Source of the DNA: Candidatus Eremiobacteria bacterium
GTDB taxonomy: Bacteria; Vulcanimicrobiota; Vulcanimicrobiia; Vulcanimicrobiales; Vulcanimicrobiaceae
DNA length: 64,000 bases
Direction of reading: 5' to 3'
NCBI GenBank assembly: GCA_963737065.1
Contig: CAVTRC010000001.1
Span: forward strand, 2,368,001-2,432,000
Under the pieces are notes generated by a model. It was not told where the DNA came from and searched no databases. It saw only the letters and a list, made by a program, of their open reading frames with translations. This document shows, one piece after another, positions 39,724 to 50,211 of the stretch. The position numbers and the translations under genes are program-made. The number at the start of each line of letters is the position of its first letter. Position 1 is the first letter of the stretch.

Positions 39724-41094
39724 ATGCGGTTATGGCGCGACCCGCGGGACCGGCGCTATGGTGAGCGGCTTGCGGGAAGTTATCTCGCGTCGCTGCTGTT
39801 GCACGCACTCTTCGCATTGCTCGTGTTCAGCGTCGTCGCAAATACGTCTGAAGAAGGCGCGAGCGAAAGCCGCATCGGCGGTTCGATCGTGACCGTCGAA
39901 CAACGTGCGCCGGTCGTCGCGCAAGCGCCGGTGAAAACGCAAGCCGCACCGCTTCCGCATGCGCCGCGCATTGCGCCCGTCCAACATGCGCATGCTGCGC
40001 AACCGGCACATCAACCGCAACCACCCGCGCATCACGAACTTGCGAAATTTGCGCCGACCGCTCCGCCGAATCCGACGCCGTTGCCGCAAGCGACGACGCA
40101 ACCGAACGTCCAGCCGACGCAAGCCGTCTTCGAACCGCAGCCGCAGAACGAATTGCCCGCAGTGCCGAGCTCCGCTCCGACCGCTGCCGCCGTTGCGGTT
40201 AGCGTCACGATCCCGCCGACGGCGGCGCCGATGCCCGTTCCGACCGCGGTTGCCACGGTAAGGCCGTCGACGCGCCCGGTCGCGACCGCCGCGCCGACCA
40301 CAAAGCCGCAGACTCCGGCTCCCGCTACTCCGAGTCCCGTCCCGTCAGCGGTCGCCGTCGCGCCGAAAGCATCCGCTGCGCCGACGCTATCGCCGATCCC
40401 CGCACCGAGCGTCAGCACCGCGCCGGCCGCGAGGCCGGGCGTGCCGAGTCCGAGCCCGACGCGAGCGGCGGCGGCCGCGCAAACGAAGGGAACAGCTCCC
40501 TCACCAGGGCCGAAGGGGCTCGTCTCGCCCGGTCCGCGGGCGGGCAGCGCCGGAGCACCGAAGGCTGCGCCCGAGCGTCCCGTCGCCGTGAGCCCAACCG
40601 CGACGCCGGTTCCGTCTGCGCGCCGCAACGGACCGAAGCCCACGGGAGCACCGAACGACATCAACTCGAAGTTGCGCGCGATGCTGCCGCACGGTCCGGT
40701 TAATCCAACCGAAGGTTCGTACCATCCGTCGATTACGCTAAACGGAACGATGGAACCGACACCGCCGCCGGACGTGGTTGCGACGACGAAGTTCATTTAC
40801 GAAACGCCGAACGGCGACGAGCGCATCAAAATGTGGGTTACGAACGTTCGGCACGTCGGCATGATCACGATGTGCGAGGGATGGATGTTGCGCTATCCCG
40901 CTGCGGGCGGCGTCGGCGCGCAACGACAAATCGGGACGGCAACCAATCCGATTTCCGGCGGCATTCAAGTCTCGACTACGGTCGGTGCAAAGCACGTCGG
41001 CACCTTAGCGCCGATTGTCGAAGCGAATGCATCTGCGGTATGTAGCGAACGAAATTTGGTGCCCTACGCTCCCTCGGCCGTGCCGTCGCCGTAA
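39724..41094 (+). CDS. Membrane-anchored Pro/Ala/Thr-rich protein with TonB/TolA-like TM motif and unknown C-terminal domain
   Basis: SLLLHALF TM, long low-complexity linker, globular C-terminus with two Cys. Confidence 0.7.
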   Translation: MRLWRDPRDRRYGERLAGSYLASLLLHALFALLVFSVVANTSEEGASESRIGGSIVTVEQRAPVVAQAPVKTQAAPLPHAPRIAPVQHAHAAQPAHQPQPPAHHELAKFAPTAPPNPTPLPQATTQPNVQPTQAVFEPQPQNELPAVPSSAPTAAAVAVSVTIPPTAAPMPVPTAVATVRPSTRPVATAAPTTKPQTPAPATPSPVPSAVAVAPKASAAPTLSPIPAPSVSTAPAARPGVPSPSPTRAAAAAQTKGTAPSPGPKGLVSPGPRAGSAGAPKAAPERPVAVSPTATPVPSARRNGPKPTGAPNDINSKLRAMLPHGPVNPTEGSYHPSITLNGTMEPTPPPDVVATTKFIYETPNGDERIKMWVTNVRHVGMITMCEGWMLRYPAAGGVGAQRQIGTATNPISGGIQVSTTVGAKHVGTLAPIVEANASAVCSERNLVPYAPSAVPSP

Positions 41095-41110
41095 TTACTC
41101 AGACTCCCAC

Positions 41111-41139
41111 TTGAACTGTGACTTTTCGCTGATTAAAAT
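41111..41139 (+). promoter_or_regulatory. Near-consensus sigma70 promoter
   Basis: TTGAAC-17bp-TAAAAT. Confidence 0.7.
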
Positions 41140-41143
41140 TAAG

Positions 41144-41449
41144 GTGTACCTACATAGAAGGTATCAAGACGGATACGCGGATCGGAGCGCAGCGAAGCTG
41201 CTAAAGACCGCAAGAGATTCGCGAAACGCGGATCGGGCGTGTGGATTCCTTGGTACGGAATCCGAAGAGGAGGTGCGGTTGGAACCGCAAGATCCACCGG
41301 GCTATTTAGCCGGCGAAGCACGCGCGATGATGGGTGGTCTTGTTCACCCGAACGGAGCCGGACGTAACCGGTAGCGCGTTAGTTCGCAAAACCGTAAACA
41401 AAAGGCGAGGGGCCGTAATCCACGCAGGATTGCGGCCCGTCGCTTTTCT
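41144..41449 (+). ncRNA. Candidate ~300 nt stand-alone transcript (sRNA and/or small ORF)
   Basis: Bracketed by promoter and terminator; internal hairpins; ORF ending 41374. Confidence 0.45.
41401..41449 (+). terminator. Intrinsic terminator
   Basis: aaaggcgaggggccgtaatc / gattgcggcccgtcgctttt stem. Confidence 0.75.
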
Positions 41450-41505
41450 GGCGATTGAACCCCCCAACGTCCTGTTGCTAAACGAGGGGCCGCTTTGCGG
41501 TGGGG

Positions 41506-41576
41506 TTGCGGCCCGTCGGCGTTTCCGGTATTCTTAGCGATGGTCGATCGTACAGCGTGGGCATGTCCCGCGCTTC
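41506..41576 (+). promoter_or_regulatory. rimP promoter and rimP-leader hairpin
   Basis: TTGCGG-17-TATTCT; agcgtgggcatgtcccgcgct GGG/CCC hairpin typical upstream of rimP. Confidence 0.55.
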
Positions 41577-41600
41577 GTTGTTGTAAAAGGGGGCAGTCGC

Positions 41601-42113
41601 GTGTCTGCGTTCACGGACAAGTTCGAGCAAACGTTGGACGCGATCGCTCACGACGGGCAGTTTCCCGGGGTCGAGGTCGTCGCGCATTCGGCGCATGTCC
41701 GCCGCGGCATGACGACGCTCAGCGTCACGATCGACAAAGAGGGCGGCGTCGATCTAGCGACGTGCGAGCGAATTGCATCGCGAATCAACGACGCGCTCGA
41801 TGAATTCGAGGATCCGTACTCGCTCGAGGTCGAGTCGGCCGGCCTCGAACGCCCGCTCGTGCGTCCGCACGATTACGAGCGCTTCGCGGGGAAACGCGCG
41901 CGTATCGTAACGTCTTTAACGATCAACGGCGGCAAAACACATCGCGGTACGCTCGTCGGGCTGCGAGGCGAAACCGTGATTCTCGCAACGGAACATGGCG
42001 AACTGCCGCTTCCGATAGCGACGATCAAATCGGCAAACTTGGAATACGATCCGCGCGCGGATCTTACTCGCGACAAACGTGAACGGAAGACACATGGCAG
42101 AACCGGTAGCTGA
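41601..42113 (+). CDS. rimP: Ribosome maturation factor RimP
   Basis: IDKEGGVDLATCERIAS, YSLEVESAGLERPL. Confidence 0.95.
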   Translation: MSAFTDKFEQTLDAIAHDGQFPGVEVVAHSAHVRRGMTTLSVTIDKEGGVDLATCERIASRINDALDEFEDPYSLEVESAGLERPLVRPHDYERFAGKRARIVTSLTINGGKTHRGTLVGLRGETVILATEHGELPLPIATIKSANLEYDPRADLTRDKRERKTHGRTGS

Positions 42114-43314
42114 CGAAAAACTACTCGACGTTTTACAGTTTATCTCGAAAGAACGCAACATTCCGTTCGAGATGCTGCTCGAAGCGCTCGAAGCTGCGCT
42201 GTTGACCGCATACAAACGTCATTACGGCAGCGAAGCCAATGCGATCGTAATGGTCGATCGGCAGACCGGCGAATACCGTGTCTTCCATCGTCGCACGGTC
42301 GTGGAAACCGTCGAAGATCCGAAGTTGGAGATCGAGGTCAAGAAGGCCGGCGGCCCGTATCAGCCGGGCGATTTCTACGATGAAGAAGTGACGCCGAAAG
42401 AGTTCGGCCGCATCGCTGCGCAAACGGCGAAGCAGGTCATCGTGCAGCGCATTCGCGAGGCCGAGCGTGATACGGTCTACAACAAGTATGCGCGCAAGCT
42501 CAATGATCTCGTCACCGGAACCGTGCAAAGGTACGAACAACGCAACATGTACGTGCTGCTCGAAGGACGCGACGAAGCGATTCTGCCGCTCTCCGAACAG
42601 GTGCCCGGCGAAGCATTCCGTATCAACGATTTCATTCGCGCGTACGTACTCGACGTACGCAAGTCGCCGAAAGGACCGCAAGTCGTCCTCTCGCGCTCGG
42701 CTGAGGGTTTGGTGCAGCGTTTGCTCGAGCTCGAAGTCCCCGAAATCGCCGACGGCGTCGTCGAAATCATGGCGATTGCGCGTGAAGCCGGAAACCGTTC
42801 AAAGGTTGCCGTGCGATCGCTGCGCGCGGAAGTCGATCCGATCGGCGCGTGCCTCGGGCCGAAGTCGTCCCGCATCGCTAATGTTTCCGATAATCTACGC
42901 GGCGAAAAGATTGACGTCATTCGCTTTGACGCCGATCCGCAAGCGTTCATCATGAATGCGCTTGCGCCGGCCAAAGTCATCACCGTCGAACTCTTCGAAG
43001 ACGACGGCGTTGCACTCGTCGTTGTTCCCGATTATCAACTGTCGCTTGCGATCGGACGCGATGGTCAAAACGTTCGTCTTGCGGCGCGATTGACGGGTTG
43101 GCGTCTCGACATCGCGAGCGAAAGCGAAGCCGATGAGGCGCGCGAACGGTATCTCGCCGAGCGCGCGGAGCGAACCGGCATCGATGAAGCACCACCGGTC
43201 GCCGAAGTAGCAGAACCGGAACAAGAAATCGAAGCGCCCGCTGCCGGTGTCGATGAGGAACTGATCCGTAAGCTCGAGGAGTTCCGTCGCGAACGACTCG
43301 GCGGTGGAGAATAA
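42094..43314 (+). CDS. nusA: Transcription factor NusA
   Basis: FGRIAAQTAKQVIVQRIREAER, AIGRDGQNVRLAARLTGW. Confidence 0.97.
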   Translation: MAEPVADEKLLDVLQFISKERNIPFEMLLEALEAALLTAYKRHYGSEANAIVMVDRQTGEYRVFHRRTVVETVEDPKLEIEVKKAGGPYQPGDFYDEEVTPKEFGRIAAQTAKQVIVQRIREAERDTVYNKYARKLNDLVTGTVQRYEQRNMYVLLEGRDEAILPLSEQVPGEAFRINDFIRAYVLDVRKSPKGPQVVLSRSAEGLVQRLLELEVPEIADGVVEIMAIAREAGNRSKVAVRSLRAEVDPIGACLGPKSSRIANVSDNLRGEKIDVIRFDADPQAFIMNALAPAKVITVELFEDDGVALVVVPDYQLSLAIGRDGQNVRLAARLTGWRLDIASESEADEARERYLAERAERTGIDEAPPVAEVAEPEQEIEAPAAGVDEELIRKLEEFRRERLGGGE

Positions 43315-43636
43315 GGGGAACGCAGTCGGAGCAGCGTCAAACAAACGGCGTCCGCGGCACGCGGAGCGCGGTGCGAAATATCCGATCCGCACGTGTGTCG
43401 GGTGCCGCCACACGCGGCCGCAAAATGAAATGACGCGATTCGTGCGCGCGGAAAATCGTTGGGTTCGCGATGCGGGAATGAAAGCACGGCAGCCCGGCAG
43501 GGGAGCGTACCTCTGCTCCACCGCGTGCATCAAGTCGGTCGTAAAGAATCGCCGGTACCCGGGGCTTGCATCCGCAGCGGAAGAATATGGTTTAATAAGT
43601 AGTTCGGAATCAATGATGGACAACAATGTTCGGTAA
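43304..43636 (+). CDS. ylxR: YlxR/RnpM (DUF448) family protein; start uncertain
   Basis: PIRTCVGCR, MTRFV, GRGAYLC. Confidence 0.9.
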   Translation: MENKGNAVGAASNKRRPRHAERGAKYPIRTCVGCRHTRPQNEMTRFVRAENRWVRDAGMKARQPGRGAYLCSTACIKSVVKNRRYPGLASAAEEYGLISSSESMMDNNVR

Positions 43637-43652
43637 CGACGATGCGCTCTAG

Positions 43653-43868
43653 AGGATTCGGGCTACGCCCGAATCCGTCACGGTCCGCTTTCGGCGGATC
43701 CGTCGCCCGTTGGGCGAGGGCGGCTCTGTGACGACTTAGCGGGACCCGAAGCGGCTCACACCGTTTGGGGGCCCGCGTTGATAAACGCGGGAGCGCGCGC
43801 AGCGGCGAAAACCGCTGAGGTGCTCTCAAACTGGTGGGGCGCCGATGTGGGCGTGCCCACATTGGGGT
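43653..43868 (+). ncRNA. Candidate structured RNA element upstream of infB
   Basis: Six or more consecutive hairpins in a ~230 nt non-coding spacer. Confidence 0.45.
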
Positions 43869-43871
43869 TAA

Positions 43872-46700
43872 ATGACAACTTCGACCGGTAAGGTACGTAT
43901 TTTCGAGCTCGCCAAAGAGGTTGGGCTCACGTCGAAAGAACTCATCGCCCTCTTCAACGACCGCCTGGGCGGTGTGTTCGAGGCGAAAAATCAGCTGAGC
44001 GTGGTCCCGGATCAGATCGCAGACCTGGTTCGCAGTGTCCTCAAGCCCGCCCCGGGTGCAAAGCCGGCGGCGAACAAAGAGGCCGTCGCCGCGTCCGCCG
44101 CTCCCGCTGCCGCGCCGCCCAAACCGCCCGTCGACGGCGGTTCCGCACCGCCCGCCGCGGCGAAGTCCGCCGCCCCCGCGGAACCGGTCGCGCGTCTCAA
44201 ACCGGTCTCCCCGACATCGACGCGCGCCGTCCAACCGAAACCCGCGGCGCGGCCAGCGGCTCAGCCCGCCGTGTCCGCAGCGCCGCCGGAGCCGTTGAAA
44301 ACAGCTCCGCTAGAACCGGCGCCGCCGGCGCCGCAGGCACCCGCAGCAGCGGCGACCCCGCGCCCGGATGCTGCGACCCCGCTTCCCGAAACGGCACAAC
44401 CACGTCTTCCGGCACCCGCGCGACCGGCAGCTGTAAAGCCGCCGGCAACGCCTGAAGTGCCGATCCCGCGGCTTCAGCCCGTTCCGCACGGACAATCCTC
44501 GATTCAGCGCCGTCCGCCGCCGCCGACCACGACCGCGTCTGCGTCACCCGGGCCGTCGACCGGCATGCCCGGCCGCCCCGGCGTTGCTCCGCGCCCGGGT
44601 CAAGCGCTGCCCGGCCAGGGCGGAAAAGGTCCGCTACAACCCGGAGGGCAGCGGGGTAACGGTCCGCTCACGCCTCCGGCACAGCGCCGTCCCGCGGGCA
44701 ACGGTCCCTTCCGTCCGATGGGTCCGGCCGGTCCGCGCCCGATGGGTCCGCGCCCCGGCATGCCGTCGAGTGCGACGGAGGCTCCCGCGCCGTCCACGGG
44801 CGGGCGTCCCGGCGACCGTCCGCGCAGCCATGAAGATAAGGCGGCCGCGAAAAAGGACCGCGAAAAGGAACTTTTGCTCGAGAAAGAGCGTCAGCGTAAG
44901 AAGAAGGGCGGCGATCACGCCGCCGCTGCGCCGCCGCGTCAACTCGAGACGATCGAAATCCCCGACTTGCTGACGGTGCAAGAGCTGGCAACGTCGATGA
45001 TCGTTCCGGTCAAAGACGTCATCACCGAGTTGATCAAGACCGGTACGATGGCGACGATCAACCAGAACATTCCGAGCGACGTTGCAATCAGCGTTGCGAA
45101 GAAATTCGGCTTCAATGCGGTCGTTAAAGAAGCCGGCGAAGAAGTCACCGTCGAGCAAGAAGAGGACAAACCCGAAATGATGACCGCGCGCCCGCCGGTC
45201 GTCACGGTGCTCGGTCACGTCGACCACGGGAAGACGTCGCTGCTCGACAAGATTCGAAGTGCCAATGTCGCCGCCGGCGAAGCGGGCGGCATCACGCAGA
45301 AGATCGGTGCGTACACCGTGGAGCGCAACGATCGCAAGATCACGTTCATCGATACGCCGGGTCATGAAGCGTTCACCGCAATGCGCGCGCGCGGCGCGAA
45401 AGTCACCGACGTCGCAATCCTCGTGGTTGCGGCCGACGACGGCGTTATGCCGCAGACGAGAGAAGCGATCGCGCACGTCAAAGCGGCGAACGTTCCGATC
45501 GTCGTCGCGATCAATAAGATGGACAAAGCCGACGCCCAGCCGGATCGCGTGAAGCAACAGCTCTCGGAGAACGGTCTTCAGCCGGTCGATTGGGGCGGTG
45601 CGATCGAAATGGTCCCCGTCTCTGCAAGGACCGGCGACAACATCGAGGGCCTCCTCGACACCGTATTGCTCGAAGCCGACATCAAGGAGCTCAAGGCGAA
45701 CAAGACTCGCCGCGCGTCCGGTGTCGTGATCGAATCGCAACTCTCACGTGGACGCGGCGCGGTTGCGACGGTGCTCGTGCAAAATGGAACGTTGCGTGTT
45801 GGCGACATCGTCGTCGTCGGCGGTACGTTTGGTAAAGTGCGCGCGCTGATCGACGACAAAGGTAAGCAAGTGAAAAAAGCCGGACCGTCGATTCCGGTCG
45901 AAGTCATGGGCTTGCAAGACGTTCCGGCGGCAGGCGACACATTATTGGTCGTCAGCGACGAACGCGTCGCGCGTGAAACCGCCGAGAAGCGCGCGGTGCG
46001 CCGTCGCGACGTCCGCATCCAAGGCGGCCCGCAACGCGTTTCACTCGAGACGTTCATGCAGATGCCGGCCGAAGGCAAGAAGACGTTGAATCTGATCATC
46101 AAAGCGGACGGTCAAGGTTCGCTCGAGGCGCTGCGCGCGCGAATGGAGTCGCTCTCGACGGACGAAGTGGACGTTCGCGTCATTCACGGCGGCGTCGGCG
46201 CGATCTCGCCGAACGACGTGAACCTCGCAAGCGCGTCCGGCGGCGTCCTCATCGGCTTCAACATTCGTCCCGATGAAACGGCGAAGCGTTTGGCCGAGAA
46301 CGAAGGCGTCGATTTGCGCTTCTATCAGGTCATCTACGAGATCGAAGAAGACCTGAAGAAGGCGATGACGGGCATGCTCGCACCGGTCGAACGTGAGGTA
46401 ACGCTCGGTCACGCGGAAGTACGCGAAGTCTTCAAAGTCTCGAAGGTTGGAACGATCGTCGGCTGTTACGTCAAAGACGGCAAGATCGCGCGCAACGGCA
46501 AAGTTCGCGTGCTCCGCGATGCCGCCGTCGTTTTCACGGGCGAACTGGAATCGCTGCGTCGTTTCAAAGACGACGTGCGCGAAGTCGCTGAAGGCTTCGA
46601 GTGCGGTATCCAAGTTGCGCGCTTCCAAGACCTCAAGCCCGGCGACGTCATCGAGGCATACCAAACCGAACACATCGCTGCCGAACTGGTGCGAGCGTGA
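43872..46700 (+). CDS. infB: Translation initiation factor IF-2
   Basis: [29 protein letters not shown]; Pro/Ala-rich N-terminal linker. Confidence 0.98.
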   Translation: MTTSTGKVRIFELAKEVGLTSKELIALFNDRLGGVFEAKNQLSVVPDQIADLVRSVLKPAPGAKPAANKEAVAASAAPAAAPPKPPVDGGSAPPAAAKSAAPAEPVARLKPVSPTSTRAVQPKPAARPAAQPAVSAAPPEPLKTAPLEPAPPAPQAPAAAATPRPDAATPLPETAQPRLPAPARPAAVKPPATPEVPIPRLQPVPHGQSSIQRRPPPPTTTASASPGPSTGMPGRPGVAPRPGQALPGQGGKGPLQPGGQRGNGPLTPPAQRRPAGNGPFRPMGPAGPRPMGPRPGMPSSATEAPAPSTGGRPGDRPRSHEDKAAAKKDREKELLLEKERQRKKKGGDHAAAAPPRQLETIEIPDLLTVQELATSMIVPVKDVITELIKTGTMATINQNIPSDVAISVAKKFGFNAVVKEAGEEVTVEQEEDKPEMMTARPPVVTVLGHVDHGKTSLLDKIRSANVAAGEAGGITQKIGAYTVERNDRKITFIDTPGHEAFTAMRARGAKVTDVAILVVAADDGVMPQTREAIAHVKAANVPIVVAINKMDKADAQPDRVKQQLSENGLQPVDWGGAIEMVPVSARTGDNIEGLLDTVLLEADIKELKANKTRRASGVVIESQLSRGRGAVATVLVQNGTLRVGDIVVVGGTFGKVRALIDDKGKQVKKAGPSIPVEVMGLQDVPAAGDTLLVVSDERVARETAEKRAVRRRDVRIQGGPQRVSLETFMQMPAEGKKTLNLIIKADGQGSLEALRARMESLSTDEVDVRVIHGGVGAISPNDVNLASASGGVLIGFNIRPDETAKRLAENEGVDLRFYQVIYEIEEDLKKAMTGMLAPVEREVTLGHAEVREVFKVSKVGTIVGCYVKDGKIARNGKVRVLRDAAVVFTGELESLRRFKDDVREVAEGFECGIQVARFQDLKPGDVIEAYQTEHIAAELVRA

Positions 46701-46744
46701 TGAAGTCCCGGTACACCACTGCACGCGCCGAGCCGTTTGTTTGG

Positions 46745-46875
46745 CGCGCCCTCGGGGAGTCTTTTGCGGACCAAACTCGTGAGCGCGCCATAGTTCGGGG
46801 ACGCCACGCGACGCGTGGGGGGCGCCCTTCGACAGAGCTCAGGGCAGGCTCCGGCCGGGCCGGAGCGCCTTCAAA
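46745..46875 (+). repeat. REP-like palindromic repeat, divergent copy A
   Basis: gccctcggggagtc...gtggggggcgc...cggagcgccttcaaa shared with copies at 53660 and 53780; contains cccttcgacagagctcagggc. Confidence 0.65.
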
Positions 46876-47244
46876 GTGAAATCGCAGCGCTTGGCGCGGA
46901 TCGATCACGAGATTCAGCGGATTCTCAGTACGTTGATCACGCAGCAACTTCGGGATCCGCGGCTTGGGTTTGTGACGGTTACGCGCGCGGAAGTTACGGA
47001 CGATCTTCGGCATTGCAAGGTGTTTGTGTCGATTATCGGCGATCGTCATCAGGCACGTCAGTCACTTGATGCATTGAAGAATGCATCGAAGTTTCTTCGC
47101 GGCGAGCTCGGGCATCAGATCGATTTGCGCCATACGCCCGAATTGATCTTCGTCGAGGACCGGTCGACGGAACGGGCGATCTCGCTTGCGAAGACGCTTC
47201 GCGAAGATATGGAACGGCGTACCGGGACGGAGGATCACGAATGA
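46876..47244 (+). CDS. rbfA: 30S ribosome-binding factor RbfA
   Basis: LRDPRLGFVTVT, DLRHCKVFVS, LRHTPELIF. Confidence 0.96.
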   Translation: MKSQRLARIDHEIQRILSTLITQQLRDPRLGFVTVTRAEVTDDLRHCKVFVSIIGDRHQARQSLDALKNASKFLRGELGHQIDLRHTPELIFVEDRSTERAISLAKTLREDMERRTGTEDHE

Positions 47245-48221
47245 TCGACAGCGAGCTGCGCAATTCTTCGACTGCGGAAGTGGTCGCGGAATTGCAGCGT
47301 CGCCCGGCGTTCGTCATGGTGAGCCACATCAAGCCCGACGGCGATACGCTCGGCGCCGGTCTTGCGCTCGGCATTGCGCTCAAACGCTTCGGTAAGCGGG
47401 TGTACTATTTCCAGCAAGATCCCGTTCCGCGCAACTTGCGCTTTCTTCCCGATGCGCAATTCGTCTCACGCGACGTCCCGCGCGATTTACCGCCGGACAC
47501 GCTTTACGTCTTTTGCGACATGAGCGATTTTACTCGCGCGGGCGAGTATCTGCCGAAGATCGCGCGTGAAAACATGCTCGACATCGATCATCATCTCGGC
47601 AACTCGCACTTCGGCGCATTCAATTACGTCATTCCGACGGAATGCTCGACCGGCACAACGGTCATGCATCTGCTGCGCGAGCTCGACGTCGAGATCGATC
47701 GCCCGATCGCGACGTGCATTCTCACGACGATCATGACCGATACCGGCGGGTTCATGCATTCCAACACGACGCCCGAAGTGCTCGAACTCTCCGCGCAGCT
47801 CATTCACGCCGGTGCTGATAAAGAAGAGATCACCGAGGAGATCTTTGCCAACAAGCGCATTGCGGCGACGCGTCTACTCGGGCGAGTCATCGATGCAATG
47901 GTGTTCGCCCATGACGGCCGGTATTGTTACTCGTACGTCGACGACGCAATGCTGCGTGAAACCGGCGCGGACGGCGAGGACACGGAAGACGTCGTGAACG
48001 TGCTTCGCTCGCAAGAGAACGTCGAAGTGGCCGCGCTCTTCAAAGCGTATGACCGCGAACTGCGCGTGAGCCTGCGTTCGAACGGGCGCGTGAACGTGCA
48101 GGCCGCCGCATCGCGCTTGGGCGGCGGGGGACATTTTCGTGCATCGGGCCTGACGTTCGAGGGTTCGTTGCCCGACGCGTTCCGCGCGGTCGATGGCGCG
48201 CTCGTAGCCGAAGGTCTGTGA
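47241..48221 (+). CDS. nrnA: DHH/DHHA1 phosphoesterase (NrnA-like)
   Basis: HIKPDGDTLG, IDHH, DTGGF, GGGGHFRASG. Confidence 0.92.
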   Translation: MIDSELRNSSTAEVVAELQRRPAFVMVSHIKPDGDTLGAGLALGIALKRFGKRVYYFQQDPVPRNLRFLPDAQFVSRDVPRDLPPDTLYVFCDMSDFTRAGEYLPKIARENMLDIDHHLGNSHFGAFNYVIPTECSTGTTVMHLLRELDVEIDRPIATCILTTIMTDTGGFMHSNTTPEVLELSAQLIHAGADKEEITEEIFANKRIAATRLLGRVIDAMVFAHDGRYCYSYVDDAMLRETGADGEDTEDVVNVLRSQENVEVAALFKAYDRELRVSLRSNGRVNVQAAASRLGGGGHFRASGLTFEGSLPDAFRAVDGALVAEGL

Positions 48222-48475
48222 GTATCGCCGCAGGCGTCTTTCTTTTCATCTTCGGTGGGCTCGGAACGTGGCTGCTCTTTACCCGCTATCCGAACGCGCA
48301 CTACACGCGCGCGTCATACGTGTTCATGGGAATCGGCGGACTCGTCTTCGTGGCGTGGACGCTCTCGCATCTGATCGGCATCGGCGTCGCGGGCGTTGCG
48401 CTCTTGGTGATGGGTGGCATTTGCGGCGTGATCGGATGGATGCGTAAGGAGATGCGCGTCTTTCCGAATTTGTGA
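48218..48475 (+). CDS. 85-aa three-TM membrane protein
   Basis: GTGA overlap with nrnA; three hydrophobic segments. Confidence 0.75.
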   Translation: MSIAAGVFLFIFGGLGTWLLFTRYPNAHYTRASYVFMGIGGLVFVAWTLSHLIGIGVAGVALLVMGGICGVIGWMRKEMRVFPNL

Positions 48476-48485
48476 GCGTTTCCGA

Positions 48486-49390
48486 GTGATCGGCTTCATC
48501 AACGTTTTCAAGCCGGCCGGTCCAACGTCCGCACAGATCGTTGCACGCGTGCGACGCATCTACGGCGTGTATGCTCGCGATCGCCGCATCGCGGTGGGCC
48601 ACCTCGGCACGCTGGATCCGCAAGCGGCGGGCGTTCTTCCGATCGCCGTTGGAAAGGCGACGCGCCTCATACCGCTGCTGACCGATCAGCGTAAACAGTA
48701 TGCAGCAACGCTCGTGCTGGGCCGTTCGACCACCACGCAAGACGCGCTCGGCGAAACCGTTGCTTCTGCAGAAGTGCCCGATGAGTGGCGTGCGCGCCTA
48801 GAAGCCGTGCTTCCGCGCTTCGCCGGTAAGATTGCGCAAACGCCGCCGATGTTTTCCGCGGTTCACCATAACGGAAAGCGTTTGTACGAACTCGCTCGCG
48901 AAGGAAAAACCGATCGAACGAAAGTCACGTACGGTGATCGTGTACGGGATCTCGCTGCTCGGAATTGAGCTGCAATCGACTGGCTCGGGCCGAAGCTATT
49001 GCGCGCATCCGTATTGCGTGCGGCGAAGGGACGTACGTGCGCACCCTGTGCGAAGACATCGGCGCGGCAATCGGTGTCCCATCGCACATGGGCGCGCTGG
49101 TCCGCGAGGGCTCCGGCCCGTTCATACTGTACGAAGCGCGCACGCTCGATGAAGTGGCGAACGATCCCCAAGGTGCGATGATTGCACCCGAACATATCAT
49201 CCCGTTTCCAACGATCGTCCTCGATCTGCGCAGCTCCGCCGATTTCCGTGCCGGACGCATCGTCGCGCTTCCCCACGGCGCGCCCGCGCAACAAGTTTTC
49301 GTACGCGATCATTCGCGGACGCTCGTCGGGGTGGGGGAGGCTCACGGCGCGATGCTCGCGCCGCGCAAGGTATTTGTATCCAGTGATTAA
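48486..49390 (+). CDS. truB: tRNA pseudouridine(55) synthase with two +1 frameshifts (~48910, ~48988), probably sequencing indels
   Basis: GHLGTLDPQAAGVL, PPMFSAV, RLYELAREG, GTYVRTLCEDIG spread over three frames. Confidence 0.9.
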
Positions 49391-49410
49391 CGGCCGTTTC
49401 TGCATCGCAC

Positions 49411-49466
49411 TAAGGGGTAATGCACCGCCTGGCATGGGGGCCCCACGTCGTGGGGGGGCGGGAGCT
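49411..49466 (+). repeat. REP-like repeat copy B, interrupted at GGAGCT
   Basis: taaggggtaatgcaccgcctggcatgggggccccacgtcgtggggggg nearly identical to 53690-53745. Confidence 0.85.
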
Positions 49467-49475
49467 AAGGCAATT

Positions 49476-49760
49476 TCAGGCCGGGGACAATTGTGAGGTA
49501 TGGTTGATTCTGAATCGATCGGCGAACTCCGTGGGCGTCTGCAGATCGAGGGCTGAGCGCGGTCGGATGTCATTGTAGTCCGCGCGCCAGGCGTCGGCTG
49601 ACCGGCGGGCTTCGAAGATGGTGGTAAATGAGTGCACGTTGAGCAGTTCGTCGCGGATCTCTCCGTTAGGCGATTCGATGTTCGCATTTTGCGTTGGCTT
49701 GCTGGGTGCGATGAAGTGCATTTGAATCGTCCGCTCCGGGCTCCAGCGCAGCATTGCGAG
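49476..49760 (-). pseudogene. IS3-family integrase core C-terminal remnant
   Basis: FIAPSKPTQNANIESPNGEIRDELLN...WRADYNDIRPRSAL...TPTEFA. Confidence 0.85.
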
Positions 49761-50211
49761 GTGCCGCGCACGATCTGAAGTCCGAATCTGCGGTCCAGCG
49801 GCTCGTCCACGTTACCCTCCGCGGGCTGCGACGAGACGAAGCATTGCCGCGCTCCACCATAGTAGAAATCAGCGTGGCCGGCTTACTGTTCATCGTCATT
49901 TGCGCGCCTATGCCAAGCACTTGGATCGGCGGGTAAACTCGGCAGATGCCGTGACTGAGCGGAGCCGCGCGGTCGCGACGCCGTGCGGCCGCCCCGAAGC
50001 GACGGCGCGTAATGCGCTTCTTGCTGGCGGTCGGTTGCGCGCCCGCCCACAGTCGCCGCTGCTCCGAAGTTTTCGGATCGCCTGTACGCCCTGTGAGCAG
50101 GCGGGGCGAGCGATCAGCTCGCATGTCTATGGGGCGAGAAACCTGTTCGTCTTACTGTTGGAGGCCCAACTAGCCCTCCCCCTTTTGGTACAATCGGCGT
50201 ATGGTCGCTCC

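Noticed and set aside
48900..48995. Programmed frameshifting in truB or rho
   Set aside because: No canonical slippery site or stimulator; matches the window-wide +1 indel pattern
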